From positions 23,401 through 87,400 of IMG/VR virus record IMGVR_UViG_3300030329_003230: a stretch of 64,000 bases of DNA; one strand, written 5' to 3'. Positions 9,741 to 19,319 of this stretch are shown here, piece by piece. The first letter of the stretch is position 1, and every line of letters starts with the position of its first letter. The DNA is from a virus. The notes below the pieces were generated by a model, which saw nothing but the letters and a program-made list of their open reading frames with translations, was not told the origin of the DNA and ran no database searches. Made by a program: the position numbers and the translations under genes.

Positions 9741-10238
9741 ATGAGATTTGCTGCAAACACAATATGTTATTATTCAGGAACTGTTAGGAACGGACATATC
9801 CTCTGTGATAAATTTCTAACAGATACTAGAATTACTCCTGATAAAGACATAGTTAATTGTCCAGATTGTTTACGTATATTAGGAACTAAAGTTAAACAGA
9901 AATATCATATTCATTTAAATTATAATTTTCTTAAAGAGGGCAAACTGAACCAAGATAATATTCTAGAATTTTCTGAGTATGAATCTAATCCTGATGATAA
10001 ACTAATATGTAATATACCTAAAAATAAAACTCATTATGTTACTAATGACCCAAGAGAAGCGACTTGTTCCCATTGTAGAAGTTATAAGTGGGGAAAGAAA
10101 GGTAATAGAATTTTCATTTTAACAGGGCTTCTGATAGAAAGTGGTTTAGAGTTAAGTAGACTCAATAAACTTTCTGAGTTTAGCACCAAAGAATTGGAGA
10201 AGATGCTAGATGTTTATCTTCACGGTGGCAAGGTATAA
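9741..10238 (+). CDS. Cys/His-rich hypothetical protein
   Basis: Two repeats of H..C...T...vnCxxC. Confidence 0.55.
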   Translation: MRFAANTICYYSGTVRNGHILCDKFLTDTRITPDKDIVNCPDCLRILGTKVKQKYHIHLNYNFLKEGKLNQDNILEFSEYESNPDDKLICNIPKNKTHYVTNDPREATCSHCRSYKWGKKGNRIFILTGLLIESGLELSRLNKLSEFSTKELEKMLDVYLHGGKV

Positions 10239-10269
10239 GGGGTGAGATTATTACTACCATAAGACGGCG

Positions 10270-10650
10270 GTGACTAGTTGGATGGTGGTGAATTTGGAGA
10301 TTCATGAGAGTAATAGGATAAAGCAAAGATGGACTGATATTTACGGAAAAATCACCGTCATTAATTACATGGTTTATGGTGATATAGGACAAAGAGATAT
10401 GTCCGTCATTAATTATGCTCTAAAAAAAACTTTTAATTTACATAAAACAGTTCAAATTGTGGAGCATATTGATTTCGAAATGGCAGAATTATTTGACATA
10501 TATCAAGGTACACATGTACAATGGATATTTCCAGATGAAATAAAAAATAAAGATAAAGTTATCCATCTAATAAAAGAAGGGTTAGAATTTCAAAGAATAA
10601 AAAGTGAATTTATGGGGGCTACAGTAGATGTTTACCAAAGAACAACTTGA
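10270..10650 (+). CDS. Hypothetical protein
   Basis: ORF in the operon; start uncertain. Confidence 0.5.
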   Translation: MTSWMVVNLEIHESNRIKQRWTDIYGKITVINYMVYGDIGQRDMSVINYALKKTFNLHKTVQIVEHIDFEMAELFDIYQGTHVQWIFPDEIKNKDKVIHLIKEGLEFQRIKSEFMGATVDVYQRTT

Positions 10651-11071
10651 AGGGATTATTGTTGCGTTAGCAAATCCTGAGATATCAATAGAGAAAGATG
10701 ACAAACAATCTATCGGTTATAGAATACGATTGAGAATTCATTTTAGGGCTATGAATGAAGATTTCATTTTAATACTAAAAGAAACATTAGAAGAACACGG
10801 TATAGATACTTATTATAGAAATAGAGAAAAAGAAACTAGACCTTACCCTTTACTTAGAATAACTAAGGTAGATAACATGTTTAATTTATTGAAGTTAATT
10901 CCTAAGAACTTAGAGTGGAATAGAAACTTTTCAAGTTTTTTAGAAGTATTAACCATAGTATCAAACAAGCACCATTTGGTGCAAAAAGGATTCGATAGAA
11001 TAGTAGAAATTAAAGAGGAGGCGAGCGGTTGGCGTTGGTGTCGATGGGAAATAAAGAAAGACCTATATTGA
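10628..11071 (+). CDS. Degenerate single-domain LAGLIDADG-fold protein
   Basis: QLEGIIVALAN helix, then ISIEK...GYRIRLRIHF and C-terminal HLVQKGFDRIVEIK, typical of I-CreI-like enzymes; no catalytic acidic residue in the helix. Confidence 0.55.
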   Translation: MFTKEQLEGIIVALANPEISIEKDDKQSIGYRIRLRIHFRAMNEDFILILKETLEEHGIDTYYRNREKETRPYPLLRITKVDNMFNLLKLIPKNLEWNRNFSSFLEVLTIVSNKHHLVQKGFDRIVEIKEEASGWRWCRWEIKKDLY

Positions 11072-11880
11072 TAACTGGAAAAACCGGCACAGGTAAAACC
11101 ACTATGGCTAAATCTTTAGTTAATGATAATCATATTATGTATTATGCTAATGAAATAGAAGATAGAGATTGGAAATCCATAGAGCAAGATATCGTTATTG
11201 AGGAAGTACATTACAAGCCTAAAAAAGATATTATCATGAACATAATACGTCACTGTAAAACTACTATTGTATTAACTTCTAATAATGAAAAGGACGTACC
11301 TGCTGACATTAAGAATTCATGTAAATTAAGAAGGGCAGGAACTGTCCCTCATTCTTTAGAAGAGATTAAGAAAATAGCACCAAGGAGTCAAAATCCTAAA
11401 AATAAAGATATGAGTGTATTTGAGTTAGTTCAAGATTATTTGAAGAACACTAATAGAGATGAAGTTGCTAGTAATCTGAAAGAAAACAAACCAGCAGATG
11501 TTCAGATAATGACTTGGTTAGGTATGAATCTTAATCCAAATAAATTAGCATTCGTTGATGGTAGAGTCAAAAGAAGATGGTCACAGAATTACTTCTATGA
11601 ATTATTATCTTACTGCCATGATGGTAGAATGCATTCTAAAATTAATTATCCGAAAAGAGGAGCATATTCCAAAGTACCAACTATATTGAGGAAATTGAAA
11701 ATAAAACCAAACCAAGGTTATTTGTTACCTCAGTTATTACAAGACGAAGATTTTGAGGGATGGGCAAAGAAGAGACTAAGAAGCGATGAAAGTAGAGTGA
11801 TAGGTATGAAAGATAGAAAGAAGAAAAGAAACGCACCAATTACACCAGATAGAACTTTGAAATTAGAAGGATGGTTTTAG
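11029..11880 (+). CDS. Clamp loader large-subunit-like AAA+ protein
   Basis: Walker A GKTGTGKT, IVIEEV Walker B, VLTSN; adjacent to RFC small; C-terminal LEGWF is PIP-like. Confidence 0.7.
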   Translation: MALVSMGNKERPILITGKTGTGKTTMAKSLVNDNHIMYYANEIEDRDWKSIEQDIVIEEVHYKPKKDIIMNIIRHCKTTIVLTSNNEKDVPADIKNSCKLRRAGTVPHSLEEIKKIAPRSQNPKNKDMSVFELVQDYLKNTNRDEVASNLKENKPADVQIMTWLGMNLNPNKLAFVDGRVKRRWSQNYFYELLSYCHDGRMHSKINYPKRGAYSKVPTILRKLKIKPNQGYLLPQLLQDEDFEGWAKKRLRSDESRVIGMKDRKKKRNAPITPDRTLKLEGWF

Positions 11881-12794
11881 ATATGTTATGGACAGAGAAG
11901 TATAGACCCAAGAGTATTCATCAATTGATTGGACAAGAGGGTTTCAAGTTAGATGCTGAACATTGGATTGAGAACAAAGATATGCCAAATGTATTGTTAC
12001 ATGGCCCTGCTGGAGTAGGAAAAACTGCCGCAGCCGGTATTCTCGCATTAGAGATATTGAAACAAGAAATAGATTCTAATTTCTTTGAGATTAATGCAAG
12101 TGATGATAGGAGACTAGAAGTTGTAAGGACTACTATCAAAGATGTAGCACAACAACAAGCAATAGGTAATGTTCCTTTCAAGATTATTCATCTTGACGAA
12201 TTAGATGGTATGACTCCTGATGCTCAAAATGCATTAAAGAGAATTATGGAAAGGTATGCACATAACGTGAGATTCATCATAACTGCTAACGATAGAAGTA
12301 AGATAATTTATCCACTACAATCTCGTTGTGCTAACTATTATTTTTCAATATTAGATAACGATACAATTTCAACATTATTGATGACAATTATTCAAAATGA
12401 AGAATTATCACAACCATCAGAGACAGACTTAGCCACTTTTATAAGTCACTATAATGGTGATGTCCGTAGAACAATAACGGAGTTGCAAGCCGCATTTGCA
12501 AGTGGAATAAGCCTAAGAAAACAGACCGACAAAAGTTTGGAGCGTTACGACGAAATATTGAACTTATTAGTGGAGGAAAAATATAATCAAGCATTAATAA
12601 GATTACACGATGCTATTTATTCTGGAAAAACTGTGAAAGATATTTGTTATGGATTACACGAAGTTATTGTTAAAAGTGATATGACTGATAATCTAAAATT
12701 CAAATATCTAAGAGCGGTTGGTGAAGCAGAATGGAGAGGAAATTCAATGACCCCAAGAGTATTAATTTCTTGGGTAGTATCTCAATTGAGGTAA
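11871..12794 (+). CDS. rfcS: Replication factor C small subunit
   Basis: WTEKYRP, GPAGVGKT, EINASD, LDELD, AQNALKR, LQSRC, GDVR. Confidence 0.95.
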   Translation: MVLDMLWTEKYRPKSIHQLIGQEGFKLDAEHWIENKDMPNVLLHGPAGVGKTAAAGILALEILKQEIDSNFFEINASDDRRLEVVRTTIKDVAQQQAIGNVPFKIIHLDELDGMTPDAQNALKRIMERYAHNVRFIITANDRSKIIYPLQSRCANYYFSILDNDTISTLLMTIIQNEELSQPSETDLATFISHYNGDVRRTITELQAAFASGISLRKQTDKSLERYDEILNLLVEEKYNQALIRLHDAIYSGKTVKDICYGLHEVIVKSDMTDNLKFKYLRAVGEAEWRGNSMTPRVLISWVVSQLR

Positions 12795-12841
12795 GTAAAG
12801 AGTAAAAAAAAAAGAATAGAAAAAAAAAGGAGAATGATAAA

Positions 12842-14068
12842 ATGGAAGAACAAATGAAAGAAGAAATAGAAAAATATGCTGAAGTTATTGGCATTACGGT
12901 TGAGGATGCTTCAAGCATCTTTGATGGTATTGTCAAAGATAATAGTTTGGACGTAAGCACTGAAGAGGGACTCTTAGTAGCCCGAAGTGTCTTTAGGTCT
13001 AAATTTGCACAAACTAGAGCACGACTGAAGAAAGAAGAAGGTGGAGAAGAACAAACAACAACTGAATACACTGGCCCTACCTATACTCAAAAGGCAAAAG
13101 GATTCTTTTGGGCTGTAGAAAATGCTACTGATTGGGAAGAAAGAAACAGAAATAGTATTATGGCCGAATACCAAAGAGATGCTGATTCAGTTTTACAGAC
13201 TGGAAAAGCAGCGATAGCAGTTCAGCTATCTGATGGTAGGTATGAAGTTACTCTTGTATTAGATGGAGAAACCAATACTAAAGTTATGGAAAAACTACCA
13301 GAAGTAAGCCCAATGCAAGTTGATGATGACCGCTGGATTATACCAGTCGATAATCGTAAAGCTTGGGGAAGTGGTCAATCAAATCCATCTTATGGTAAAC
13401 CTCTACCCGCTAACCGATGGCAAAGAACTCTAATGTTTATTGGTAGTGTTGGTGATGGAGAACCTCAGAAATACCAGTTACGAGTTAATGGAGAACAAGC
13501 AATAGATTTCCATCCAAGGACTTTTGCTCTGTGTGAATTTGACTGTGTTCCTAATTCTAACAACCCTTCTAACCTTAGTGCAAGAAAGGATGGAAGTACA
13601 GTTAATTCCCTATCTTATTTAGATGAAGAAGTGGATATATTGAACATAGTTCAGGAACTATTAGGAGATAAGATTTCAGCATTAATTGCTCTAGACTCTT
13701 ATCATTCTGATAATTCACATAAGAATTATTCTGAGAGAATTGTAGTTACAGATGGTAATGTTGCTAATATGAATCTACAACCTTATGATAATGGGAACCG
13801 AGTTATCTATCTAAGTGACTTGAATGCAGACTTCGATTATGAAGGAGAAGGTTTCTCTTCAACTGCATGTTGGGTTCCTTCTACTATTGAAATCGATTTT
13901 GGAATCGGCAGCAACATTATTGTTGTTGGTCGTACCTCCCAAAGAGAAGTTGATGGCGAACTATCAAATGTTAGTATCAACGTTCTAGGGTTATATGTTG
14001 TGGATAGACATGGTAGTGCAGATGTTCCTGTACAACCAGAGGAGGACGACGATTACAGTTGGTTCTGA
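12842..14068 (+). CDS. RPA/SSB-like OB-fold protein
   Basis: Position in the replisome cluster, beta-rich C-terminal OB-like segment (FGIGSNIIVVGRT...SINVLG) and an acidic-aromatic tail (EEDDDYSWF). Confidence 0.6.
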   Translation: MEEQMKEEIEKYAEVIGITVEDASSIFDGIVKDNSLDVSTEEGLLVARSVFRSKFAQTRARLKKEEGGEEQTTTEYTGPTYTQKAKGFFWAVENATDWEERNRNSIMAEYQRDADSVLQTGKAAIAVQLSDGRYEVTLVLDGETNTKVMEKLPEVSPMQVDDDRWIIPVDNRKAWGSGQSNPSYGKPLPANRWQRTLMFIGSVGDGEPQKYQLRVNGEQAIDFHPRTFALCEFDCVPNSNNPSNLSARKDGSTVNSLSYLDEEVDILNIVQELLGDKISALIALDSYHSDNSHKNYSERIVVTDGNVANMNLQPYDNGNRVIYLSDLNADFDYEGEGFSSTACWVPSTIEIDFGIGSNIIVVGRTSQREVDGELSNVSINVLGLYVVDRHGSADVPVQPEEDDDYSWF

Positions 14069-14069
14069 A

Positions 14070-14187
14070 TAAGATAATTTAGGGGGTTTTGCCCAGTAAT
14101 AAGTAGGGGCCATCATCACCATGTCAGGGCATTACGGTCACTTTATCGGTTTTTGTGACTGTATTCTACTTCCCCCCACTTATCTTA
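14070..14187 (+). ncRNA. Putative structured cis-RNA with pseudoknot, copy 1
   Basis: Nested stems TAAGATAA/TTATCTTA, GGGGG/CCCCC, AAGTAGGG/TTCTACTT and TACGGTCAC/GTGACTGTA; pseudoknot TGCCC/GGGCA; ends at the AAGGAG SD. Confidence 0.6.
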
Positions 14188-14200
14188 AGGAGAGATAATT

Positions 14201-15085
14201 ATGGGATTAACATCAATGAGTAAACCAAAACAAAAACAAGCAGTCGATTCTGAACTACAAAAAGAACTACAATATCAGAATTGGAAAAAATTAACTGCGG
14301 AAGCAAGGAAAGAACAACTATCAAGGAAACATTCTTTCATGGTTCTATCAATAGAAGGACAAGCAAAGAAAGGAAAATCTGGATTAGGTCTTGATATTAG
14401 AACAGAAAAAGAAATAGAAGAAGGACATCTTATTCGTTTCTTAGATTTTGATGACGGAGCAGAAGCGACTTGGAAAACCTGTTGGGATTCCGATGAGAAT
14501 ATTTTCGTTTATTGCCCTAATCATTACAATAGCGACGGAACAGAGAACTATTCTTTAACAATGCAAAACGCCATGAATTTCATTAGAGAAACAGAAGAAA
14601 TGATTGCAGATGAAGAAACTAATGTTAGAGCAATTATTGTTGATGGAATGGATAAATGGAATGATTGCGTTACTAATAAATTACGATATGAAAGAGTAAA
14701 AGGTGATAGAAAGAAAATGCAAGAACCAATCCCTCCAACAGCATATGGAGCTAGGAATATTGACCATAATGAGTTGTTTATTAGTGTCTTGAAATTGAAT
14801 TGTGATAAAGTATTCATAACTCATTTGAAGCCTACATTTGGCGACCATATGAACCCTACACCAACAGGTTATGTTGCTTCTTGGAATAAAGACGTTCCAG
14901 ATAAGATGCTTCAAATGATTAGTATTAGAGATGACAGTGTAGGTAACAATATCAAGTATGTTGCTAGATTGAAGGCAAGTAAAACCAATCCACACATGAT
15001 TGGTAAAACTTGGACTATCTTTGAATCTAAAGGGAATAAAGCCACATGGAATGGTATCCCTGAAATGCAAACGAGGGAGATTTAA
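14201..15085 (+). CDS. RecA-fold ATPase (Sak4/RadB/AAA_24-like recombinase)
   Basis: GQAKKGKS Walker A, LDFDDG, IIVDG Walker B, VFITH. Confidence 0.7.
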   Translation: MGLTSMSKPKQKQAVDSELQKELQYQNWKKLTAEARKEQLSRKHSFMVLSIEGQAKKGKSGLGLDIRTEKEIEEGHLIRFLDFDDGAEATWKTCWDSDENIFVYCPNHYNSDGTENYSLTMQNAMNFIRETEEMIADEETNVRAIIVDGMDKWNDCVTNKLRYERVKGDRKKMQEPIPPTAYGARNIDHNELFISVLKLNCDKVFITHLKPTFGDHMNPTPTGYVASWNKDVPDKMLQMISIRDDSVGNNIKYVARLKASKTNPHMIGKTWTIFESKGNKATWNGIPEMQTREI

Positions 15086-15087
15086 TT

Positions 15088-15204
15088 CACTAATTAGGGG
15101 TTTGCCAAATAAAAACAACAGAGTTCGTCTACCCGTCACGTCACTTAATAAGTGTAAGGGCTCGGCAAGGGAGGATGGCTTCTTCCTGTTGTTCCCCATT
15201 AGTG
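15088..15204 (+). ncRNA. Putative structured cis-RNA with pseudoknot, copy 2
   Basis: CACTAAT/ATTAGTG, GGGG/CCCC, AACAACA/TGTTGTT, GAGTTC/GGGCTC, GGGAGG/TCTTCC; pseudoknot TTGCC/GGCAA; lies just before the AAGGTGA SD. Confidence 0.6.
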
Positions 15205-15220
15205 TAAACAAGGTGATAAT

Positions 15221-16000
15221 ATGGAAATAGAAGTAAATAAAAAACAAATAGTTGAAGCATTGAAAAATGTAGAAATGAGAGGAAAGTGGGCATCGTCCAG
15301 TGGTTTATCTTCAAAGTCTTTAGGAAATTATATTTATTTTAAATTAGAAGATAATCATTTATTGTTGATTAATTCTGATGAATCTACAACTGTTATAGAA
15401 TCACTATCTGTTGATTCTGAAGATGAAGGTTCTTTCGTTTTAGATATTGAAACTTTAAAGAAGTATTTGACTAAAATGAATGATACGATTACATTTGAAA
15501 TTGGCGATACAATCGTAATGAAATCAGATGGTAAAAGAGCAACAATGCCTATTGTTATTGAACACCCGTATCACGGTAGAATTGGTAGATTTGTTTCACA
15601 GTGGCCAAACCTTTCCTTTGAAGAGGAGTTAGAAAATATACCTAATGTTGGTTCAATGAATCTAACTTGTGCTATACAGATGACAGGAGAACAACTGTTT
15701 GATGCACTTGACGCTTGTGAAATTGTTAACAATGGAGTCTACAAAATTGATTATGTAGAAGAAGATGAGTTAAGTGAATCTAAGTGTGTTATATCCTCTG
15801 AAGAAATCATCTCATCTTATCGGGAAGAGATTGAATATTTATCCTCAATTGGGGAATCTTCCACGGTTCTTTTCAGTGGACCATTACACCGATTCTTCAG
15901 TAAGAAAGACACTATCAATGTCTTCATTGGAGATGACCAACCAATAATTATGATTAGTAATAATAGCGCATTGATACGTGCTCCAAGATTGAATATTTAA
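15221..16000 (+). CDS. pcn: DNA sliding clamp (PCNA-like)
   Basis: 259 aa acidic, two-domain clamp pattern (EGSFVLDIETLKKYL; INVFIGDDQPIIM...IRAPR); context of RFC and PolB. Confidence 0.75.
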   Translation: MEIEVNKKQIVEALKNVEMRGKWASSSGLSSKSLGNYIYFKLEDNHLLLINSDESTTVIESLSVDSEDEGSFVLDIETLKKYLTKMNDTITFEIGDTIVMKSDGKRATMPIVIEHPYHGRIGRFVSQWPNLSFEEELENIPNVGSMNLTCAIQMTGEQLFDALDACEIVNNGVYKIDYVEEDELSESKCVISSEEIISSYREEIEYLSSIGESSTVLFSGPLHRFFSKKDTINVFIGDDQPIIMISNNSALIRAPRLNI

Positions 16001-16009
16001 GGTGAAGGA

Positions 16010-17164
16010 ATGAGACAAACCTATCGTAATATGCCCTCTATGAGAGAGACACATCCTCATCTTGCTGAGGAATTTCATCCAACTAAGAATGGTGATTTAA
16101 CTCCTGATAATTTAATAGCAGGGACTAGTAAGAAAATCTGGTGGACATGTTCTACTTGTGAAAATGAATGGAAGACTAGGGGTGCTGACCGGACTTCAAG
16201 GGGACGAAAATGCCCACATTGTAGTCTTGGTAGATTACATTCAGATGGTAGAAACTCAATGGCTAACACCCACCCTGAATTAGCCAAAGAATATCAAGGA
16301 GATGCTACAAAAATAATAGCAGGAACGCATAAAAAGTTAGATTGGAAATGCTCTACTTGTGAACATAAATGGAAGACAAAAGGAAACAGTAGACAACAAG
16401 GAAGTGGTTGTGGTTATTGTGCCGGTCAATGTCTACATTCAGATGGAAGAAATTCTATGGCTAATACTCATCCTCATTTAGCACTTGAATACCAAGGAGA
16501 CGCTACAAAAATAATAGCAGGTACAATGAAGAAACTTCCTTGGAAGTGTTCCACTTGTGACCATGAATGGATAGCAGCAAGTTCTAGTAGAAGACATGCA
16601 AATCAGGGGTGTCCATGTTGTTCAGGAAGAGCGGTACATTCAGATGGTCGTAATTCAATGGCTAATACTCATCCACATTTGGCCAAAGAATATCAAGGAG
16701 ATGCTACAAAAATAACAGCAGGTACAGACAAACACCTTCTTTGGAAATGTTCCACTTGTGAATATAAGTGGTTAACTAAAGGTAAAGTTAGGGGTGGTAA
16801 ACAAGGCAGTGGATGTCCTTCTTGTGCAAAAAGGGCCTTCCGACCTAATGAAGCAGGTCATGTATATCTTATGAAATATGAAGGAGCAAATGAGAAAGTC
16901 ATTTACAAAATTGGAATATCTCATGATGTGGAGGAAAGGAGGAAAAAACTTCTTTCTAAGTATCTACAGAAAACACACTCTGAAATAAATATAGACATCA
17001 TTGACACAATGTACTTTGATACTGGTAAAGATGCAATGGAAATGGAAAAAACATTTCACGCAATGGAAGAACACCGTTTTACACCGAAAAAGAAATTCGA
17101 TGGTTGGACTGAGATGTTCAAAGCCTCGATTGTAGATGTATGGAATAGGATGGTAAAAACATGA
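16010..17164 (+). CDS. Zn-ribbon repeat (DUF4379/treble-clef) protein with C-terminal GIY-YIG-like (T5orf172) nuclease; probable homing endonuclease
   Basis: Four W.CSTC.H.W...GCP.C units with THP.LA.E, then VYLM...YKIGIS..VEERR and GWTEMF. Confidence 0.75.
   Translation: MRQTYRNMPSMRETHPHLAEEFHPTKNGDLTPDNLIAGTSKKIWWTCSTCENEWKTRGADRTSRGRKCPHCSLGRLHSDGRNSMANTHPELAKEYQGDATKIIAGTHKKLDWKCSTCEHKWKTKGNSRQQGSGCGYCAGQCLHSDGRNSMANTHPHLALEYQGDATKIIAGTMKKLPWKCSTCDHEWIAASSSRRHANQGCPCCSGRAVHSDGRNSMANTHPHLAKEYQGDATKITAGTDKHLLWKCSTCEYKWLTKGKVRGGKQGSGCPSCAKRAFRPNEAGHVYLMKYEGANEKVIYKIGISHDVEERRKKLLSKYLQKTHSEINIDIIDTMYFDTGKDAMEMEKTFHAMEEHRFTPKKKFDGWTEMFKASIVDVWNRMVKT
16238..16825 (+). repeat. Three tandem ~200-bp coding repeats
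   Basis: CATTCAGATGG... begins at 16238, 16436 and 16637 (periods 198 and 201); encodes HSDGRNSMANTHPxLAxEYQGDATKI. Confidence 0.9.
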
Positions 17165-17264
17165 GAAGAAAAACATTCGCACGTTGGTCATTGAAAAATC
17201 TACGTCAATTCTATCTTTCTAAATTGAAAGTAAAAGTTGTCACTGATGAATATGAATATGAGGA

Positions 17265-18932
17265 ATGGGAATATCAATGATTATATCTTGGATAGATAAA
17301 GACAAATCCATCAAAATAAGATGGAGAGATGAAGATAATAATCGTAAAGAGAAGAGTATAAACGATTTTGAACCATACTTTTTTATCCGTTCTATTGATA
17401 AAAGGCCAGAAACTTACAAGACTAAACATTACATTGGTCAAGGTAAATCAGTAAAACAGACGGGTTTTTTCAAATATAAAACTGGAAAGTATTACAATTT
17501 GAATAAAGAATCATTAACTAAAGTGTTCTACTCTCATCCTAAAGATGCAAAGAGTGCAAGAAATAACTTTTCTGCTACTTGGGAAGGAGATGTTCCTATT
17601 CTCCGTAGATATTGTGTTGACGAATTAAAGGCGGTTCCTGAATATGAATTGCGTAAATGGTATTGGGATATGGAATGGCTACCGGATGAACATGAACACG
17701 GTGGAGCAATTACTGCCATTAGTGTATATGATAACTATACTAATAAAATCAAATTATATTGGTGGAGCCATTGGCACGATAAGTCAAACACAATTATGAG
17801 AAGATTTAATTCAGAAAAAACAATGCTTGAGTCCTTCGTAAAAGATATGCAAAAGCAAGACCCTGATATGTTAATTGCTTGGTGGGGATTACAGTCTGAC
17901 GTTCCTAAATTAATTCAAAGATTATTTGATAATGGTATTGACCCAAGAGGACTTTCTCCCTATAAAGAAGTGAAGGGTGTAGGTTTTAACCATGTTAGTA
18001 AGTTAGATTACAGCGGAATTGAACAACCCATAAAAGGTAGATTATGTCTTAACTTAGATTTAGCATTTGAAAGACAATGGATGGATGCTCAAAGGGGAAC
18101 TCTACCTTCAACATCATTAGAATACTGTGCAAGTGTTTCTGTAGGTGAAGGTAAAAAGAAAGAGTCTAAATTTAAAGATAGAAATGAATTCTTTATGAAA
18201 GCGTGGGAAGAAGATACAACTAATTATCTTGAATACTGTATGCAAGATTCAGAATTACTTTATCGAATAGATGAGGAAATGGGATTAAGTGAAGGAGTAT
18301 TAGCAATTCAGAAACTAGTTAAAACACCCTTTGAAGATTGTTTCTTTGTTAGTCACATGGGAAGTACATATTTCATGAGAAACGCATGGTGGAAAGCCCC
18401 AACTGGGAAACATGCTGAAAAGAAAGAATATGATGGAGCATTAATCTATAATCCTCTTGACGAGGGAACTAATGGGTTACATACTAATGTAGCCGCTTTT
18501 GATTTCGCTTCTCTTTACCCATCGTGTATTCTTGCAAGGAATATATCTTGGGAAACTAAGAGTGAAACAGAAACAGAATTTGCTGTTAACATAAGAACAC
18601 CTAGAGACTTTTCAGATGTCACCCAAGAAGATTGGAAATACTATAAGACGGATGAGTTAGGTCTTTTACCAAATGCTATAGCTACTTTAAAGCCATTAAG
18701 GAAAGAATATAAAATTAAAATGTTAGAGGCTCTAAAATCAGATAATAAGAAAGACTACATTAAATGGAATTCAATGCAAATGGCAACAAAGCGACTATTA
18801 GCTTCTTTTTATGGAGTAGTTGCTTTACAGGGTTTTGGATGGTATGACGTGGATTTGGCTGCAAGTATAACAGCAAGTGCGAGAGAAGCAATTAGAGAAG
18901 CCGCATTTAAAGTGAGGGAGTTATCAGTATGA
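17265..18932 (+). CDS. polB: Split family-B DNA polymerase, N-terminal part (3'-5' exonuclease, motifs A and B)
   Basis: ExoI WDMEW, ExoIII YCMQD, DFASLYPS, KRLLASFYG; ends before motif C. Probable start at 17277. Confidence 0.9.
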   Translation: MGISMIISWIDKDKSIKIRWRDEDNNRKEKSINDFEPYFFIRSIDKRPETYKTKHYIGQGKSVKQTGFFKYKTGKYYNLNKESLTKVFYSHPKDAKSARNNFSATWEGDVPILRRYCVDELKAVPEYELRKWYWDMEWLPDEHEHGGAITAISVYDNYTNKIKLYWWSHWHDKSNTIMRRFNSEKTMLESFVKDMQKQDPDMLIAWWGLQSDVPKLIQRLFDNGIDPRGLSPYKEVKGVGFNHVSKLDYSGIEQPIKGRLCLNLDLAFERQWMDAQRGTLPSTSLEYCASVSVGEGKKKESKFKDRNEFFMKAWEEDTTNYLEYCMQDSELLYRIDEEMGLSEGVLAIQKLVKTPFEDCFFVSHMGSTYFMRNAWWKAPTGKHAEKKEYDGALIYNPLDEGTNGLHTNVAAFDFASLYPSCILARNISWETKSETETEFAVNIRTPRDFSDVTQEDWKYYKTDELGLLPNAIATLKPLRKEYKIKMLEALKSDNKKDYIKWNSMQMATKRLLASFYGVVALQGFGWYDVDLAASITASAREAIREAAFKVRELSV

Positions 18933-19054
18933 AAAGAGGCGAAAGAAAAGACGGTAGCGTTGAAAAACACTGCGGAATTCGTATAGCGTCTAAGTGGAAT
19001 TACTGCCCGATGTGTGGTAAGAAAAAAGAAAAAGAGGTGATTAAATGGGTATAA
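18929..19054 (+). CDS. 41-aa Zn-finger microprotein inside the polB split
   Basis: MKRGERKDGSVEKHCGIRIASKWNYCPMCGKK...; ATGA overlap with the polB-N stop. Confidence 0.55.
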   Translation: MKRGERKDGSVEKHCGIRIASKWNYCPMCGKKKEKEVIKWV

Positions 19055-19085
19055 AATATAAAATAATTACAAAGGTGATAGCATA

Positions 19086-19175
19086 ATGAAATTTCATATT
19101 GTTAGTTTGTTAATTATAATAATTAGTGCTATATCTATTCTTTGGGCTTGGTGGAAAGGGAGAATGGGGGATTAA
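19086..19175 (+). CDS. 29-aa membrane peptide inside the polB split
   Basis: GGTGA SD; MKFHIVSLLIIIISAISILWAWWKGRMGD. Confidence 0.5.
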   Translation: MKFHIVSLLIIIISAISILWAWWKGRMGD

Positions 19176-19319
19176 ATGTTAGTTAAATGTCAAGAGTGTT
19201 CAACTCAATTTAGTATTAATATGTGGTCAACTATGAAACATCTATGTGGTAAGTGTTACCTTGAATATAAAAAGGAAATAAGAGAAGGCAAAAGGAATAG
19301 ATTAGGGAAGATGATATAA
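19176..19319 (+). CDS. 47-aa Zn-finger microprotein inside the polB split
   Basis: MLVKCQECSTQF...LCGKCY...; its TAA overlaps the ATG of polB-C (TAATG). Confidence 0.55.
   Translation: MLVKCQECSTQFSINMWSTMKHLCGKCYLEYKKEIREGKRNRLGKMI

Noticed and set aside
12795-12841. A-rich tract before the RPA-like gene
   Set aside because: Low-complexity leader with an AAGGAG SD; no structure or repeat found.
15000-15230. 76-aa + strand ORF from the track
   Set aside because: It overlaps both flanking genes, has no good SD, and the region is better explained by the structured RNA element.
18933-19318. Intron or split intein joining the polB halves
   Set aside because: No Cys/Ser-start or His-Asn-end intein motifs at the junction and no evident group I/II core; the gap is tiled by coupled micro-ORFs.
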